Assembly: GCA_965228735.1 (NCBI GenBank)
Contig: OZ245838.1
Span: 2,624,001-2,688,000, forward strand
Origin: Planctomycetota bacterium
Lineage (GTDB): Bacteria; Planctomycetota; UBA1135; UBA2386
Direction of reading: 5' to 3'
DNA: 64,000 nt
The translations under genes were made by a program, and so were the position numbers. Positions 29,871-39,350 of the stretch are shown in pieces. The notes beneath the pieces are model-generated. The model saw only the letters and a list, made by a program, of their open reading frames with translations. It was not told where the DNA came from and did no database searches. Each line of letters begins with the position of its first letter. The first letter of the stretch is position 1.

Positions 29871-31151
29871 TCAACGTCGGGGCGCCAAGCGGCGCCCACG
29901 AACGTAGACCACGTGGATCCGCAGGTCGCCGTGGACGAATGCCGCGATCGATCCGCGCGGGCTCGCTTCGGCTCCAGGCCCTGCCAACGGCAACACGAGG
30001 AAGTCGGCAGCCGCGCCGACCCGCAGGCGACCCGCCGCCGTGCCGAGCGCCCGACCTCCGGCAGCGGTCGCCATCGTGAGCAGGGTCTCGGGCGCGAGCC
30101 CGGGCCAGAGCCGGGCCGCGTCCCGCAACGCCGCCCGCATCGACCAGTCCCGATTGCTGGCGCGGGAATCGGTGCCGAGCGCGACGGTGATGCCGGCCGC
30201 GAGCCAGGCCTCGACCGGCGGCACCGGGCGCCCGAACCACGCAATCGTCCCCGGGCACACGACGACGGGCGCCCTTGCTGCGGCGATCCGTTCCACGTCC
30301 CCCGCCTCGAGGTCCTGGCAATGCACGAGCTGCACCGACGGCCGCAATAGCCCGAGCCGTTCGAGCCAGCGAACGGCGCCGACCCCGGGCGCGCGGTGGC
30401 CACTTGGCAGGCGCCCGAGATCGGCGAGCAGTTCGGCGAACGGACCGGTGCCAGCGCGCAGGAACTCCTGCTCGGCCGGCGTCTCGGCGCAGTGCACGGC
30501 GAGCCATCGGGCGCGGCGCGCCGCGCTCCGGAACAGCTCGGGCGAGACGGAGTACGGCGCGTGCGGCGACAGACCGGCGGCGAGCCGCAGACCTGACGCG
30601 CGCGCGCGATCGCGCGCGAGTATGGCCGCCGCACGGGCATCGAGATGGAAGCCCGTCAGCTCCTGGTAGCACCGACCACCGATCCCGATCGGCCGCAGTG
30701 CCGCCGGCCCGAGCCCCGTCGAGTCGATCTCGCCGACCGCAGTCGCGCCCTCGGTCAGCCGGTCCCAGGCGCCCTGCTGGGCGGCCCGCAGCCAGTCGGC
30801 CGCGTTCTGGTCACCGCGCGCCGCCATCACGGCGCGCGCCCAGGGCACGAACTCGCCGGCCGGCAACGCCGACGACTGCTCGGGATCGAGCGCGTCGATC
30901 TGCAGGTGGACGTGGGCGTCCACGAGGCCTGGAACGACCGCGGCCTCTTCGATCGCGGCGCGGCCACGCGCTCGCCGCACGGCCAGCAAGCGCCCGGCCG
31001 AGTCCCAGACGAGTTCGCCCGGGGAGAGCGACTCGCCGCCGCCGAGGACGACGTGGCGAGCTCGCAGGACGCGGCGAGCTCGCCGATCCCGCGGATCAGC
31101 AGCTCGCCAGCTGGAGCGAGCGCGCCGGGGGCGCACCCGCGACCGACTCAC
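29871..31151 (-). CDS. amidohydrolase family metal-dependent deaminase
   Basis: PGLVDAHVHL, SPHAPYSV, HCAET, ALGTDS; start uncertain (GTG overlapping the upstream TGA). Confidence 0.85.
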   Translation of the reverse strand: MSRSRVRPRRARSSWRAADPRDRRARRVLRARHVVLGGGESLSPGELVWDSAGRLLAVRRARGRAAIEEAAVVPGLVDAHVHLQIDALDPEQSSALPAGEFVPWARAVMAARGDQNAADWLRAAQQGAWDRLTEGATAVGEIDSTGLGPAALRPIGIGGRCYQELTGFHLDARAAAILARDRARASGLRLAAGLSPHAPYSVSPELFRSAARRARWLAVHCAETPAEQEFLRAGTGPFAELLADLGRLPSGHRAPGVGAVRWLERLGLLRPSVQLVHCQDLEAGDVERIAAARAPVVVCPGTIAWFGRPVPPVEAWLAAGITVALGTDSRASNRDWSMRAALRDAARLWPGLAPETLLTMATAAGGRALGTAAGRLRVGAAADFLVLPLAGPGAEASPRGSIAAFVHGDLRIHVVYVRGRRLAPRR

Positions 31152-33829
31152 GCGCGCGCGCGCACGCGGAGCGCCATCACGACGGCGTTCGGCGCAACGT
31201 CGCGGTTGAAGAGGATCTGGAAACGGAAGCCGGTCGGCGAGTCGAGGCCGATGCCCTGGCCCGCACCGGAGCCGATGCCGTCGCGCCACAGGCCGACCGT
31301 GCCGATGATCGGCTCGTTCGTCTGCTGCGTCAGCTGCGCGCCCTGGAACTGGATGCGCACCGGCAGGCTCGGGGAGTTCGCGGCCTGCGTGCCCGGGTCA
31401 CCCGTGTCCGTGTACGTGATGTCGACGATGCCGTCGCCGTTCGTGTCGACGTCGAGCTCGTAGGACAGCCATGCGGGCGGGAAGACCTGACCCGTGCCGT
31501 ACCACTTCGACTGGCAGCCCGAGAACGTGTCGCGGTCCGTCAGGACGGCGCTGTTCAGGCTCGGGTCGTAGGTCGGGACACTGCCGGCCTGACCGTTGAA
31601 CGTGAGCGTGCCGCCGGCCTCGAGCCGGTAGAAGCCCGGCGCGCCCGCGCCGGCGACCGTCTCGAACGCCTGGACGTTCGTCAGACCGACGTTGTCGTTC
31701 ACGCTGCCGTCGCCACCCGAGGTGTCGATCGGGCAGTTGACCGTCAGGTCACCGCCGGCCTGCAGCACGAACGAACCGCCCGAGCCGCCGCCACCCGGCG
31801 AGGAGATGCCCCAGTCGCCCGTCGAAGCCGTGCTGCCCTCGGGGCGCCCGTCGATGACCGCACCCTCGCCACCCTTGGCCTCGAGCGTGGCTGCCGCGCC
31901 GACCGTCAGGTCCGCACCGACGCGCAGACCGATCGCGCCGCCACCACCGCTGCCGGCGTGGCCCGCGATGTAGACGTCGCCCGTCGCGAAGATGGTGCCG
32001 AACGCGCAGGACGCGCCGCCGCCACCGCCACTGCCACCGATCAGGAAGTGGTTGAGGGACAGCTCGGGGTCACCCGAGGTCGGGATCGGGAACGGATCGA
32101 ACATCACGCCGCCGGCCGGCAGCGGTGCGCTCGGGTCACCGTAGATCGTGTTGGTCAGGAAGCTCGGCAGGGGCGTCGGCGTCGTGAACGCCGGCACGCC
32201 ACCCGGCGTCCAGAAGCCGCCACCACCGCCACCCGGCGAGAAGTAGGCGCGGTAGACGAACGCGATGCGCGGCGTGTTGGGCGCGGCCTCACCCGACGGC
32301 GGGTTCATCGTCGAACCGCGACCGCCGGTGTTGGCGGACTGCACGACGTAGGCATGGCCGGCGAGCAGGCGCACGTCCTCGCCATGCGCGCCGTTCGTCA
32401 GCACCTCACCGTTCACGATGATCGGGCCGTTGCCCTGGCACTCGTCGCCACCGCGACCACCGGCACCACCGCCGGCACCCGGCGCACCGCCGGGCTGACC
32501 GCTGACGAACGGCTGCGGCGCGGCCGTGCCGCCACGCGCGTTGAACTTCTCCATCTTCGCGCCGTTGAGCTCGATCGTGCCGTTGATCTCGGCCTGACCG
32601 CGCACGCGGATCTGCGGCGGCACCGGGCCGACGAAGCGCAGGGTCGTGTCGACCGGCAGGACGAAGTCGGTGAAGTAGAACTTGCCGTCGGAAACGAACT
32701 CGGTCTGACCCGACTGCGTGTTGCCGGCGGGAATCTCGACGTTCGTCGTGTCGATCTCGTAGGTCGTCGCGCCGACCTGGGTCGCGATCGAGAGATCGAA
32801 CGGGCCGTGACGGCCATCGCCACCGAGGAGGCCGGGGCGGGCGCCGTTGTTCCACAGCGTCGTCGAGACCGGCACGTTGAGGTTGTTCGAGTTGGCGAAG
32901 CTCTCGTTGATGTTGATCGGGATGATCGTGCCGGCTTCGGTGAAGAACTCGAAGCGCGCGGGCGTCGCCTGGGTGCCGGCGAGATCGCGCAGGTCCGCCG
33001 TGATCGCGACCTCGACGCAGGCGAGGCCGGGGAGCAGGACCGACGGCTTGAACTCGACGACCGTGACCGGCGTGCCGGCCACGAACTCCGTGCGCAGCTG
33101 CGGGATGCCCTCGAGCACGAGGCCCGACGAGTCGCGGTTGCAGACGAGCGTGTTGTTGACCTGGTTGGCCGTGCGCAGCGTCACGCGGACCGGCGACGAC
33201 GAGGTCAGGGTCCCCTGCAGCGGCGTCGTATCGATCAGCTCACTGAAACGCAGCACGATCGTGGGGTCGCGCGGGTTCTCGAACGTGGACGCCGGCGCGA
33301 TCATCTCGGCCGACGGCGGCCGCTGGTCGGCGTCGACGATGCCGCGCGACGCGATGACGGAGCAGCTGAACTCGCGGCTCAGCGTGTCACCCGCGGCGCT
33401 GCGGACGCCGAAGCTCGCGGTCGGACCGCCGGCGATCGTGATGATGTAGGTCTCGTTGCGCCGGAAGCCGAACGTGCTGATGCCGTTCTGCGTCGACACG
33501 CGCGGCACGAACGTCAGCTCGTTGCCCGACACCATGAGGTCGCCCTCCGGCGCGATGCCGGACGCGGTGCGGATCGAAACGGCCGAGCCGTTCACCGAGC
33601 TCTTGGCAATCGTGTCGTTGAACGTGAACTTCAGCGGCTGGTTCTCGGCGATCTCGGTGATCGCACAGCCGGTCTGCGAACAACCGAGGTCGCAGCTCAC
33701 GATGCAGAACGACTGACCGCCGGCGCAGCGGAACTGCACCGTCGCGGTGTCGTCCGAACTACCCGAACAGCCCACCACCGCGAGGGGCAGCAGCAGGAAG
33801 CCGAGGGTCTTCAGGGAAACGTGTCGCAT
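31148..33829 (-). CDS. large lipoprotein with Ig-like (Big_5-like) domains and glycine-rich region
   Basis: Lipobox LAVVGC; FTFNDTI and LRFSELID Ig-like strands; GGGGG tracts. Confidence 0.8.
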   Translation of the reverse strand: MRHVSLKTLGFLLLPLAVVGCSGSSDDTATVQFRCAGGQSFCIVSCDLGCSQTGCAITEIAENQPLKFTFNDTIAKSSVNGSAVSIRTASGIAPEGDLMVSGNELTFVPRVSTQNGISTFGFRRNETYIITIAGGPTASFGVRSAAGDTLSREFSCSVIASRGIVDADQRPPSAEMIAPASTFENPRDPTIVLRFSELIDTTPLQGTLTSSSPVRVTLRTANQVNNTLVCNRDSSGLVLEGIPQLRTEFVAGTPVTVVEFKPSVLLPGLACVEVAITADLRDLAGTQATPARFEFFTEAGTIIPININESFANSNNLNVPVSTTLWNNGARPGLLGGDGRHGPFDLSIATQVGATTYEIDTTNVEIPAGNTQSGQTEFVSDGKFYFTDFVLPVDTTLRFVGPVPPQIRVRGQAEINGTIELNGAKMEKFNARGGTAAPQPFVSGQPGGAPGAGGGAGGRGGDECQGNGPIIVNGEVLTNGAHGEDVRLLAGHAYVVQSANTGGRGSTMNPPSGEAAPNTPRIAFVYRAYFSPGGGGGGFWTPGGVPAFTTPTPLPSFLTNTIYGDPSAPLPAGGVMFDPFPIPTSGDPELSLNHFLIGGSGGGGGASCAFGTIFATGDVYIAGHAGSGGGGAIGLRVGADLTVGAAATLEAKGGEGAVIDGRPEGSTASTGDWGISSPGGGGSGGSFVLQAGGDLTVNCPIDTSGGDGSVNDNVGLTNVQAFETVAGAGAPGFYRLEAGGTLTFNGQAGSVPTYDPSLNSAVLTDRDTFSGCQSKWYGTGQVFPPAWLSYELDVDTNGDGIVDITYTDTGDPGTQAANSPSLPVRIQFQGAQLTQQTNEPIIGTVGLWRDGIGSGAGQGIGLDSPTGFRFQILFNRDVAPNAVVMALRVRARA

Positions 33830-33889
33830 GGGGAGGTCGGAAGAAGGAGCGGTTGATGCGGGCCTGGTGGCGCTGGGAGGGGACGCGGG

Positions 33890-36637
33890 TCAGACCCGAT
33901 ACACGATGACGACCTTGTCGATGATCACGGAAGCCGCGACATCGTGGTCCTGGACGAGCACGAAACGGAACGCGTTGCGGCCGTCCGACGCGATGCCCGT
34001 GACGTTCTGCGTGGAGCGCACGGCCGTGCGCCACGGCTGGATCTCGGCGACGACGCCCGTCGAGAGGTCCATCTGACCGGCCTGGATGAAGAGCCGGATC
34101 GGCTGACCGGCGCCGGCCGGCGTGCTGTTCGGCACGGCCGCCGGGTCGTCGGACAGGATGATCTGCTCCGGCCCGTTGCCGCGATCGATCGTCGCGTGGA
34201 TCTCGTAGCGCGCGAACTCGGGACCGAACACGAGGCCGGTCGAGTACCACAGCGAGCGGCTGCTTGAGAACTGGTCGACCTCGGTCAGCGCCGCGACGTT
34301 CTCCGCGACGGCCGGCGGGTTGGCACCCGGCAGTTCCTGCGGCGTCGGCGCAGTCGGCAACTCGAAGCGCAGGAACCCGGCCGAGCCGTTGCCGGCCTTG
34401 GCCTCGACGCGCGCACCGATCGGCGGCGCCGAAACACCCGAAGAGCGGTCGTAGGAGCCGCCCTGACCGCCCGCGACATTGAGCTCGCCCGAGATGTCCG
34501 CGGCGCGGCCGCTCTGCAGGACGATCGAACCACCGGCGCCAGCGCCACCCGGCATCGCGCTCGTGGTGCCGAAGGAGGCCTGAACGCTGCCGGTCGAGCC
34601 ACCGTTCGCGAGGATCTTCGCGAGCGGGCCGACGGTCAGGCTGTCACCGGCGCGCAGCGCGATCGCGCCACCGCCGCCGCCACCACCACCACCGCGCACG
34701 AACGCGTTGCTGGCCGGGATGACGTCGATCGACAGCGCGCCGTTCGACGCGGCGCCACCACCGCCGCCGCCACCGACGAGGAAGTGGACCGAGCTCTTGT
34801 CCGAACCGCTGGGGTCCGGGAACGGGAAGTACTGCACCGCGTTGCCGCCATCCGCCGGCGGGCCGAAGTAGATCGGGTTGGGCGTCTGGTTGGTCGCCGG
34901 GTTGACGTGGTTGTTGTTGGTCACGAGGCCCTGCTCGCCCGGCTGGCGGTTGCCGCCACCGGCACCCGGCGCGGTCGCCGTCGGCGAGTAGGAGACCGTC
35001 GTCGGACTCGGCGCGTAGAACAGCGAGGACTTGAGGCCGTCGAGCGGGAACACGACCGAACCCTTGCCGCCCGAACCGCTGGCCGACGTCGCGTAGGCGC
35101 GACCGGCGAGCACGCCGCCAGCGCCGCCGTTCTTGCCCTGGTAGGCCGGCAGGATGCCGACGCCGAAGCACTTGTCGCCGCCGTCGCCGCCATCGCCGCC
35201 GAAGACGCCGCCGACGCCGCCGGGCTGACCGACGATGCTCGAGCCCGTGGGGTAGTCGAGGGACTCGCCGTCGATGTCGATCTCACCGAGGATGTCGATC
35301 TTGCCGGCAACGCTGATGATCGGCGGAACCGGCCCGATGAAGCGCAGGCGCACCGAACCCGGCACGACCATCGAGCTGAAGTTGAAGCGCCCGTCGGTCA
35401 CCGCGACCGCGGAGCCCGTCAGCGTGTTCGCCGCGGGGATGATCGTGTTGTCGGTGCGGATCTCGTAGGTGTCCTTGCCGTCGATCGTGCCGACGAACGT
35501 GCCGAGGTCGACCGAGAAGTCGCCGTGGCCGCCGTCGCCGCCGATCGCCGCGAACGTCGCGACGCCGTTCGACCACTCGCCGCCGGAGCGGTCGCGGTCG
35601 AGCTGATCGTCGTCCTCGAACTCCTCGACCGTCTCGTCCTCCTGGAGGTTGGCCGGCTTGGTCGTGAACGTGAAGGTCTGCGGCTGCGCCGGCTTGCCCG
35701 CGAGGTCGACGACCGCGCTCGTGACGTTGATCTCGACGCACACGTTGTTCGGCAGCGGCTGCGTGGGCTGGAACGTCAGCACGGAGACGCGGCGCGCGGG
35801 ATCGAACGTCAACCGCGGCGTGCCCGGCAGCTCGATCGGATCCGACGCCGGATCGCAGATCGTGCCGTTCGGGGTCGAGAGCGTGCGACGCACCTCGAAC
35901 GTGACGGGCGAGCCCGACTGGAACGGCGTCACATCGACCATCTCGTTGAACGCGAGCTCGATGATCGTGTCGACGGGGACCTCGGTCAGCACGTTCGGCG
36001 TGACCAGCTGCGCTGCCGGCGGCACCCCGTTGAGGTCCTGGATGCCCTGACTCGCGACGAGGGAGCACGTGTAGGTCTCGCCGAACGCGAAGCCCGACGT
36101 GCTGCGCAAGGTGTCCGGCTGGGTGCGCGAGCCCGGAATCGTGAGCGTGTAGACCTCACCCGGCTTGAAGCCGAAGAAGGTCTGGCCGCCCGAGACCAGC
36201 AACGTCGGCACGAACTCGATCTGGTTGCCGTTGGTGAAGAAGTCGCCGACCGGCAGCTCACCGGCCGCGGTGCGCAGTCGCACGGTCGACTCGTTGACCG
36301 TCGCCGGATCGATGTCGTCGCTGAACTGCAGGATGAGGATCTCGTTCTGCGCGATGTCGGTGCGCAGGCACCCCGTCGAACTGCAACCGAGACTGCAGTT
36401 GAACAGGCACAGCGCGGTCGTCTCGCCTTCTTCGGGCGCGCACGAGAAGTTCGCGGCGCCAACGGTCGCAGAACTGCCGGAGCAGCCAGCAGCGCCGAAC
36501 AACACCGGCGCGCCCAGGAACAGTGCAGCCAACTGCAGCAGACGTGCGCCGCGGTGGGGTCGGGCCGCGGGAGCCGCCGGTGCAACGTGCGGCTGGGTCC
36601 CGGCAGGGACCACGTGAGGCTGAGATCGGAACAGCAT
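33890..36637 (-). CDS. large lipoprotein, tandem paralogue of 31148-33829
   Basis: Lipobox GAAGC; CSLGCSSTGC, LQFSDDID, LAFNEMVD; glycine-rich region; start at MLFRSQ. Confidence 0.8.
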   Translation of the reverse strand: MLFRSQPHVVPAGTQPHVAPAAPAARPHRGARLLQLAALFLGAPVLFGAAGCSGSSATVGAANFSCAPEEGETTALCLFNCSLGCSSTGCLRTDIAQNEILILQFSDDIDPATVNESTVRLRTAAGELPVGDFFTNGNQIEFVPTLLVSGGQTFFGFKPGEVYTLTIPGSRTQPDTLRSTSGFAFGETYTCSLVASQGIQDLNGVPPAAQLVTPNVLTEVPVDTIIELAFNEMVDVTPFQSGSPVTFEVRRTLSTPNGTICDPASDPIELPGTPRLTFDPARRVSVLTFQPTQPLPNNVCVEINVTSAVVDLAGKPAQPQTFTFTTKPANLQEDETVEEFEDDDQLDRDRSGGEWSNGVATFAAIGGDGGHGDFSVDLGTFVGTIDGKDTYEIRTDNTIIPAANTLTGSAVAVTDGRFNFSSMVVPGSVRLRFIGPVPPIISVAGKIDILGEIDIDGESLDYPTGSSIVGQPGGVGGVFGGDGGDGGDKCFGVGILPAYQGKNGGAGGVLAGRAYATSASGSGGKGSVVFPLDGLKSSLFYAPSPTTVSYSPTATAPGAGGGNRQPGEQGLVTNNNHVNPATNQTPNPIYFGPPADGGNAVQYFPFPDPSGSDKSSVHFLVGGGGGGGAASNGALSIDVIPASNAFVRGGGGGGGGGAIALRAGDSLTVGPLAKILANGGSTGSVQASFGTTSAMPGGAGAGGSIVLQSGRAADISGELNVAGGQGGSYDRSSGVSAPPIGARVEAKAGNGSAGFLRFELPTAPTPQELPGANPPAVAENVAALTEVDQFSSSRSLWYSTGLVFGPEFARYEIHATIDRGNGPEQIILSDDPAAVPNSTPAGAGQPIRLFIQAGQMDLSTGVVAEIQPWRTAVRSTQNVTGIASDGRNAFRFVLVQDHDVAASVIIDKVVIVYRV

Positions 36638-37039
36638 GATGCCTCGAGTAGGGAGAGGATGGTTCAGGACGCGCCGAGACCTGCCTCCGGTCGGGCACCG
36701 GTCGACAGGCGGGAGAGGGGCCAGTTCACAGCCTGCGAGCAGACTGGACGAGCTAGACAACCATACCGCACTTGCGGCCGCAAGGCCGGCCTCGAAACCG
36801 ACGTAGGACCACTCTGCCCCCCTCGGCACGGTGCCGTGGGCGGTTCGGGCCAGCCAGCGCCAGAGATCGCGGATGGCCCGAAAATGCAGGTGGGAACGGG
36901 GAGTCGGGACAAGTCGCGGAACGTCCGGGGATCAGAGTCTGGAGCTGGCGCGCGGAACGACCGCGCGCGGCTTCGAACTGTCGCGCCAGAGATCGGCGCC
37001 GGCGACTACGGACAACTTCCATGCCGGCCGGTCGATCCG

Positions 37040-37088
37040 CTAGACGGTGCGACGTAAACTAGACTCTAACCCGCTTTACCACTAGACT
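37040..37088. promoter_or_regulatory. three CTAGAC direct repeats in an AT-richer intergenic patch
   Basis: CTAGAC at 37040, 37059 and 37082; two extend to ACTAGACT. Confidence 0.4.
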
Positions 37089-37165
37089 TTCCACGTCATT
37101 CGAGCGATCGGGCGAGGCCGCACGCGGCGGGCTTCGAGATCGCTCATGGAGCACGACGGCACGAC

Positions 37166-37187
37166 GGGTGTTCGACATCGAACACCC
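37166..37187. promoter_or_regulatory. operator-like palindrome GGGTGTTCGA-ca-TCGAACACCC
   Basis: Perfect 10-bp arms, 38 nt before ATG 37226. Confidence 0.5.
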
Positions 37188-37225
37188 CGTGACCGCCGCC
37201 CGCCCCCTACACTAATCCGGCAATC

Positions 37226-38299
37226 ATGAAACACGCTCCCCTCGTCCTCGGCGCCATCGCCACCGCCGGCGTCCTCTGGATCGGCTTCGAAATGCGCTCC
37301 CAGAACGCCCGCCTCGCGCGCCTCGAAGAACAGGCCGCGGCCCGCGCGGGCGCGGTCGACGAGATCCTCGGCGAGGTCACGCGCATGCGCCTCGAGCAAC
37401 GCGCCGACGGGCGCGGCCCGAGCGCGCTGCTCGAGATGCTCAAGACCTATGCCCCGATCCTCGTGAGCGCGCGCTACGCCGAGCCCGACTACCAGTTCGC
37501 GCGCGACCAGATGCAGCGCATCCTGCGCGCGTTCGAGACGGTCGGCGAGGACGCGTGGCAACCGGTGATCGATCGCATCGCAGCCCTCGACGCCAGCAAG
37601 AACTTCGACGAACTCAAGTGGCTGCTCGAAGCCGCGCTGCGGATCGACGAGAAGCCGGCCGTCGAACTCGTGCACCAGGTCGTGCTCGGCCAGAAGCTGC
37701 CCGCGCCGCGCCTGCGCTGGTACGCAGCCGACCTGCTGCTGCGCCATGACCGCCGCCTCGCCCAGAGGACCCTGCGGCAGATCCTGCTCACGGAGTCGAG
37801 CCGCGGCGTCAACCCGGAGCGCGCGGCGGCCTACGGCCTGCCGATCCCGGACATGGCGGCGACCGCGACGACGGGCTTCCACAACTTCGTGCTGAAGTAC
37901 GTGCAGTCGGAGGACGACGAGATCGACGACACCCTGCTCATGGTCATGGGCCGCACGGAGCACGACCTGATGACGGTGCAGACGTGCGTGAAGGAACTCG
38001 GGGCCCGCAACTGCGCGCGCGCCGCCCCGCTGATCCGCGAGCTCTACCAGCGACCGCCGGGCCACTCCCACAACCCGCTGTTCCAGGTGCGCTGCCTCGA
38101 CGCGATCGCCGCGATCGAGGGCGAGAGCGCGCGCCCGTTCTTCGAGGACATGCTCGAGAAGGCCACGACGGAGACCGTCGCGAAGCACCTCGAACGCCTG
38201 CTCGGGCGCTCGGTCACGACGCAGGCCGCGAGCATGCCGCTCGAGCGGCCGGGCCCGCCGTCGCCGGGTTCTCAGCCGGCGCCGAACAAGAAGAAGTAG
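37226..38299 (+). CDS. hypothetical membrane-anchored helical-repeat (HEAT-like) protein
   Basis: N-terminal TM, coiled coil, all-helical body; host-like codon use. Confidence 0.7.
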   Translation: MKHAPLVLGAIATAGVLWIGFEMRSQNARLARLEEQAAARAGAVDEILGEVTRMRLEQRADGRGPSALLEMLKTYAPILVSARYAEPDYQFARDQMQRILRAFETVGEDAWQPVIDRIAALDASKNFDELKWLLEAALRIDEKPAVELVHQVVLGQKLPAPRLRWYAADLLLRHDRRLAQRTLRQILLTESSRGVNPERAAAYGLPIPDMAATATTGFHNFVLKYVQSEDDEIDDTLLMVMGRTEHDLMTVQTCVKELGARNCARAAPLIRELYQRPPGHSHNPLFQVRCLDAIAAIEGESARPFFEDMLEKATTETVAKHLERLLGRSVTTQAASMPLERPGPPSPGSQPAPNKKK

Positions 38300-38315
38300 C
38301 GCGCCAGCGACGCGC

Positions 38316-38792
38316 TCAGACGAACTCGATCGCGCCGCCCGGCAGGAAGTAGAGGATCAGCATCTGGCCGTCCGTCACGGTCGGCACGTGCGTCGTATCC
38401 GGCCCGTAGACGACCCACCCCTCGGGGTGGCCATCGAATCGCGGCTCGCCGGCCGTCGCGAAACAGAGATCGATCTCGCCGTTCGGATGGCGGTGCTTCG
38501 GTCCGGGCGTCGACATCAGCACCGCGTCGATCGTGAAGCCGTGCAGGTCCTTCGCGACGCGGCCGAAGCGGATCCCGCCGTTCTCCTTGGGCAGCAGCCA
38601 ATCGGAGTCGATCGCGGCGATCGCGGCGGCGCGGACCGCCGCGACCATGCTGCCGCGGAACGACGCCTTGTGTTCCGCCGCCGCCGCGGCGTCGCTGGCC
38701 GCGACATCGACGTTCTGCAGCAGGCCGGCGAGCGGGTCGAGCAGCTCGACGAACTGGTCCTTGGTCATCGGATCGGGGGTCGCGTCAGTCAT
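38316..38792 (-). CDS. DUF4863 / PnbB-like cupin-fold protein
   Basis: HRHPNGEIDL...FDGHPEGWVVYGPDTTHVPTV...LYFLPGGAIEF. Confidence 0.75.
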   Translation of the reverse strand: MTDATPDPMTKDQFVELLDPLAGLLQNVDVAASDAAAAAEHKASFRGSMVAAVRAAAIAAIDSDWLLPKENGGIRFGRVAKDLHGFTIDAVLMSTPGPKHRHPNGEIDLCFATAGEPRFDGHPEGWVVYGPDTTHVPTVTDGQMLILYFLPGGAIEFV

Positions 38793-38810
38793 CGTTCTCT
38801 TGCCCGCGTT

Positions 38811-39350
38811 TCATTTGCCCTGGGGACGGAAGACCTCGACGACGTCCGGGTTGCCCTCGAGGCGCGGGCCGCCGATGAGATCGATACAGTACGGGATCGC
38901 CGGGAACACGGCGTCGAGACAGACGCGGATCGACCCGGGCTTGCCCGGCAGCGTCACGACGAGCGCGCGGTCGAGGATCGCCGCGGTCTGGCGCGACAGG
39001 ATCGCGGTCGGCACCCCCACCGCGAGTGAAGCGGCGCGCATCTGCTCGCCGAAGCCGGGCAGCTCCTTGTGGCACACGTCGCGGATGGCCTCGGGCGTGA
39101 CATCGCGCTCGGCCGGGCCGGTGCCCCCGGTCGTGCAGATCAGACAACAACCGGCGGCCGCGAGCTCGCGCAGCGCCGCGCCGATGCCGTCACGTTCGTC
39201 GGGGATCACGCGCACGTCGAACGTGCACGGCGTGCTCAGGTAGTCGCGCAACGCGGCGGCGATCGCCGGCCCCGACTGATCCTCGTACTCGCCCCGACTC
39301 GCGCGGTCACTGACCGTCACGATGCCGATGCGCGGCGACTCGGCGCTCAC
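38811..39350 (-). CDS. mog: molybdopterin adenylyltransferase
   Basis: VTVSDRASRGEYEDQSG, TTGGTG, RDVTPEA, PGFGEQMR, LPGKP, AIPYCIDL. Confidence 0.95.
   Translation of the reverse strand: MSAESPRIGIVTVSDRASRGEYEDQSGPAIAAALRDYLSTPCTFDVRVIPDERDGIGAALRELAAAGCCLICTTGGTGPAERDVTPEAIRDVCHKELPGFGEQMRAASLAVGVPTAILSRQTAAILDRALVVTLPGKPGSIRVCLDAVFPAIPYCIDLIGGPRLEGNPDVVEVFRPQGK

Noticed and set aside
31056..31120. Repeated GCGAGCTCGC mini-palindromes
   Set aside because: Short, GC-rich and inside the probable 5' end of the amidohydrolase gene; cannot be separated from chance
30275..37057. Very long plus-strand ORFs (1193 aa, 757 aa) and similar Arg/Ala-rich ORFs throughout the window
   Set aside because: Antisense or off-frame shadows expected in very GC-rich coding DNA; no motifs
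37169..37184. LexA box
   Set aside because: TGTTC-N6-GAACA does not fit the TGTTC-N4-GAACA spacing, and the orientation is opposite to the GAAC-N4-GTTC box
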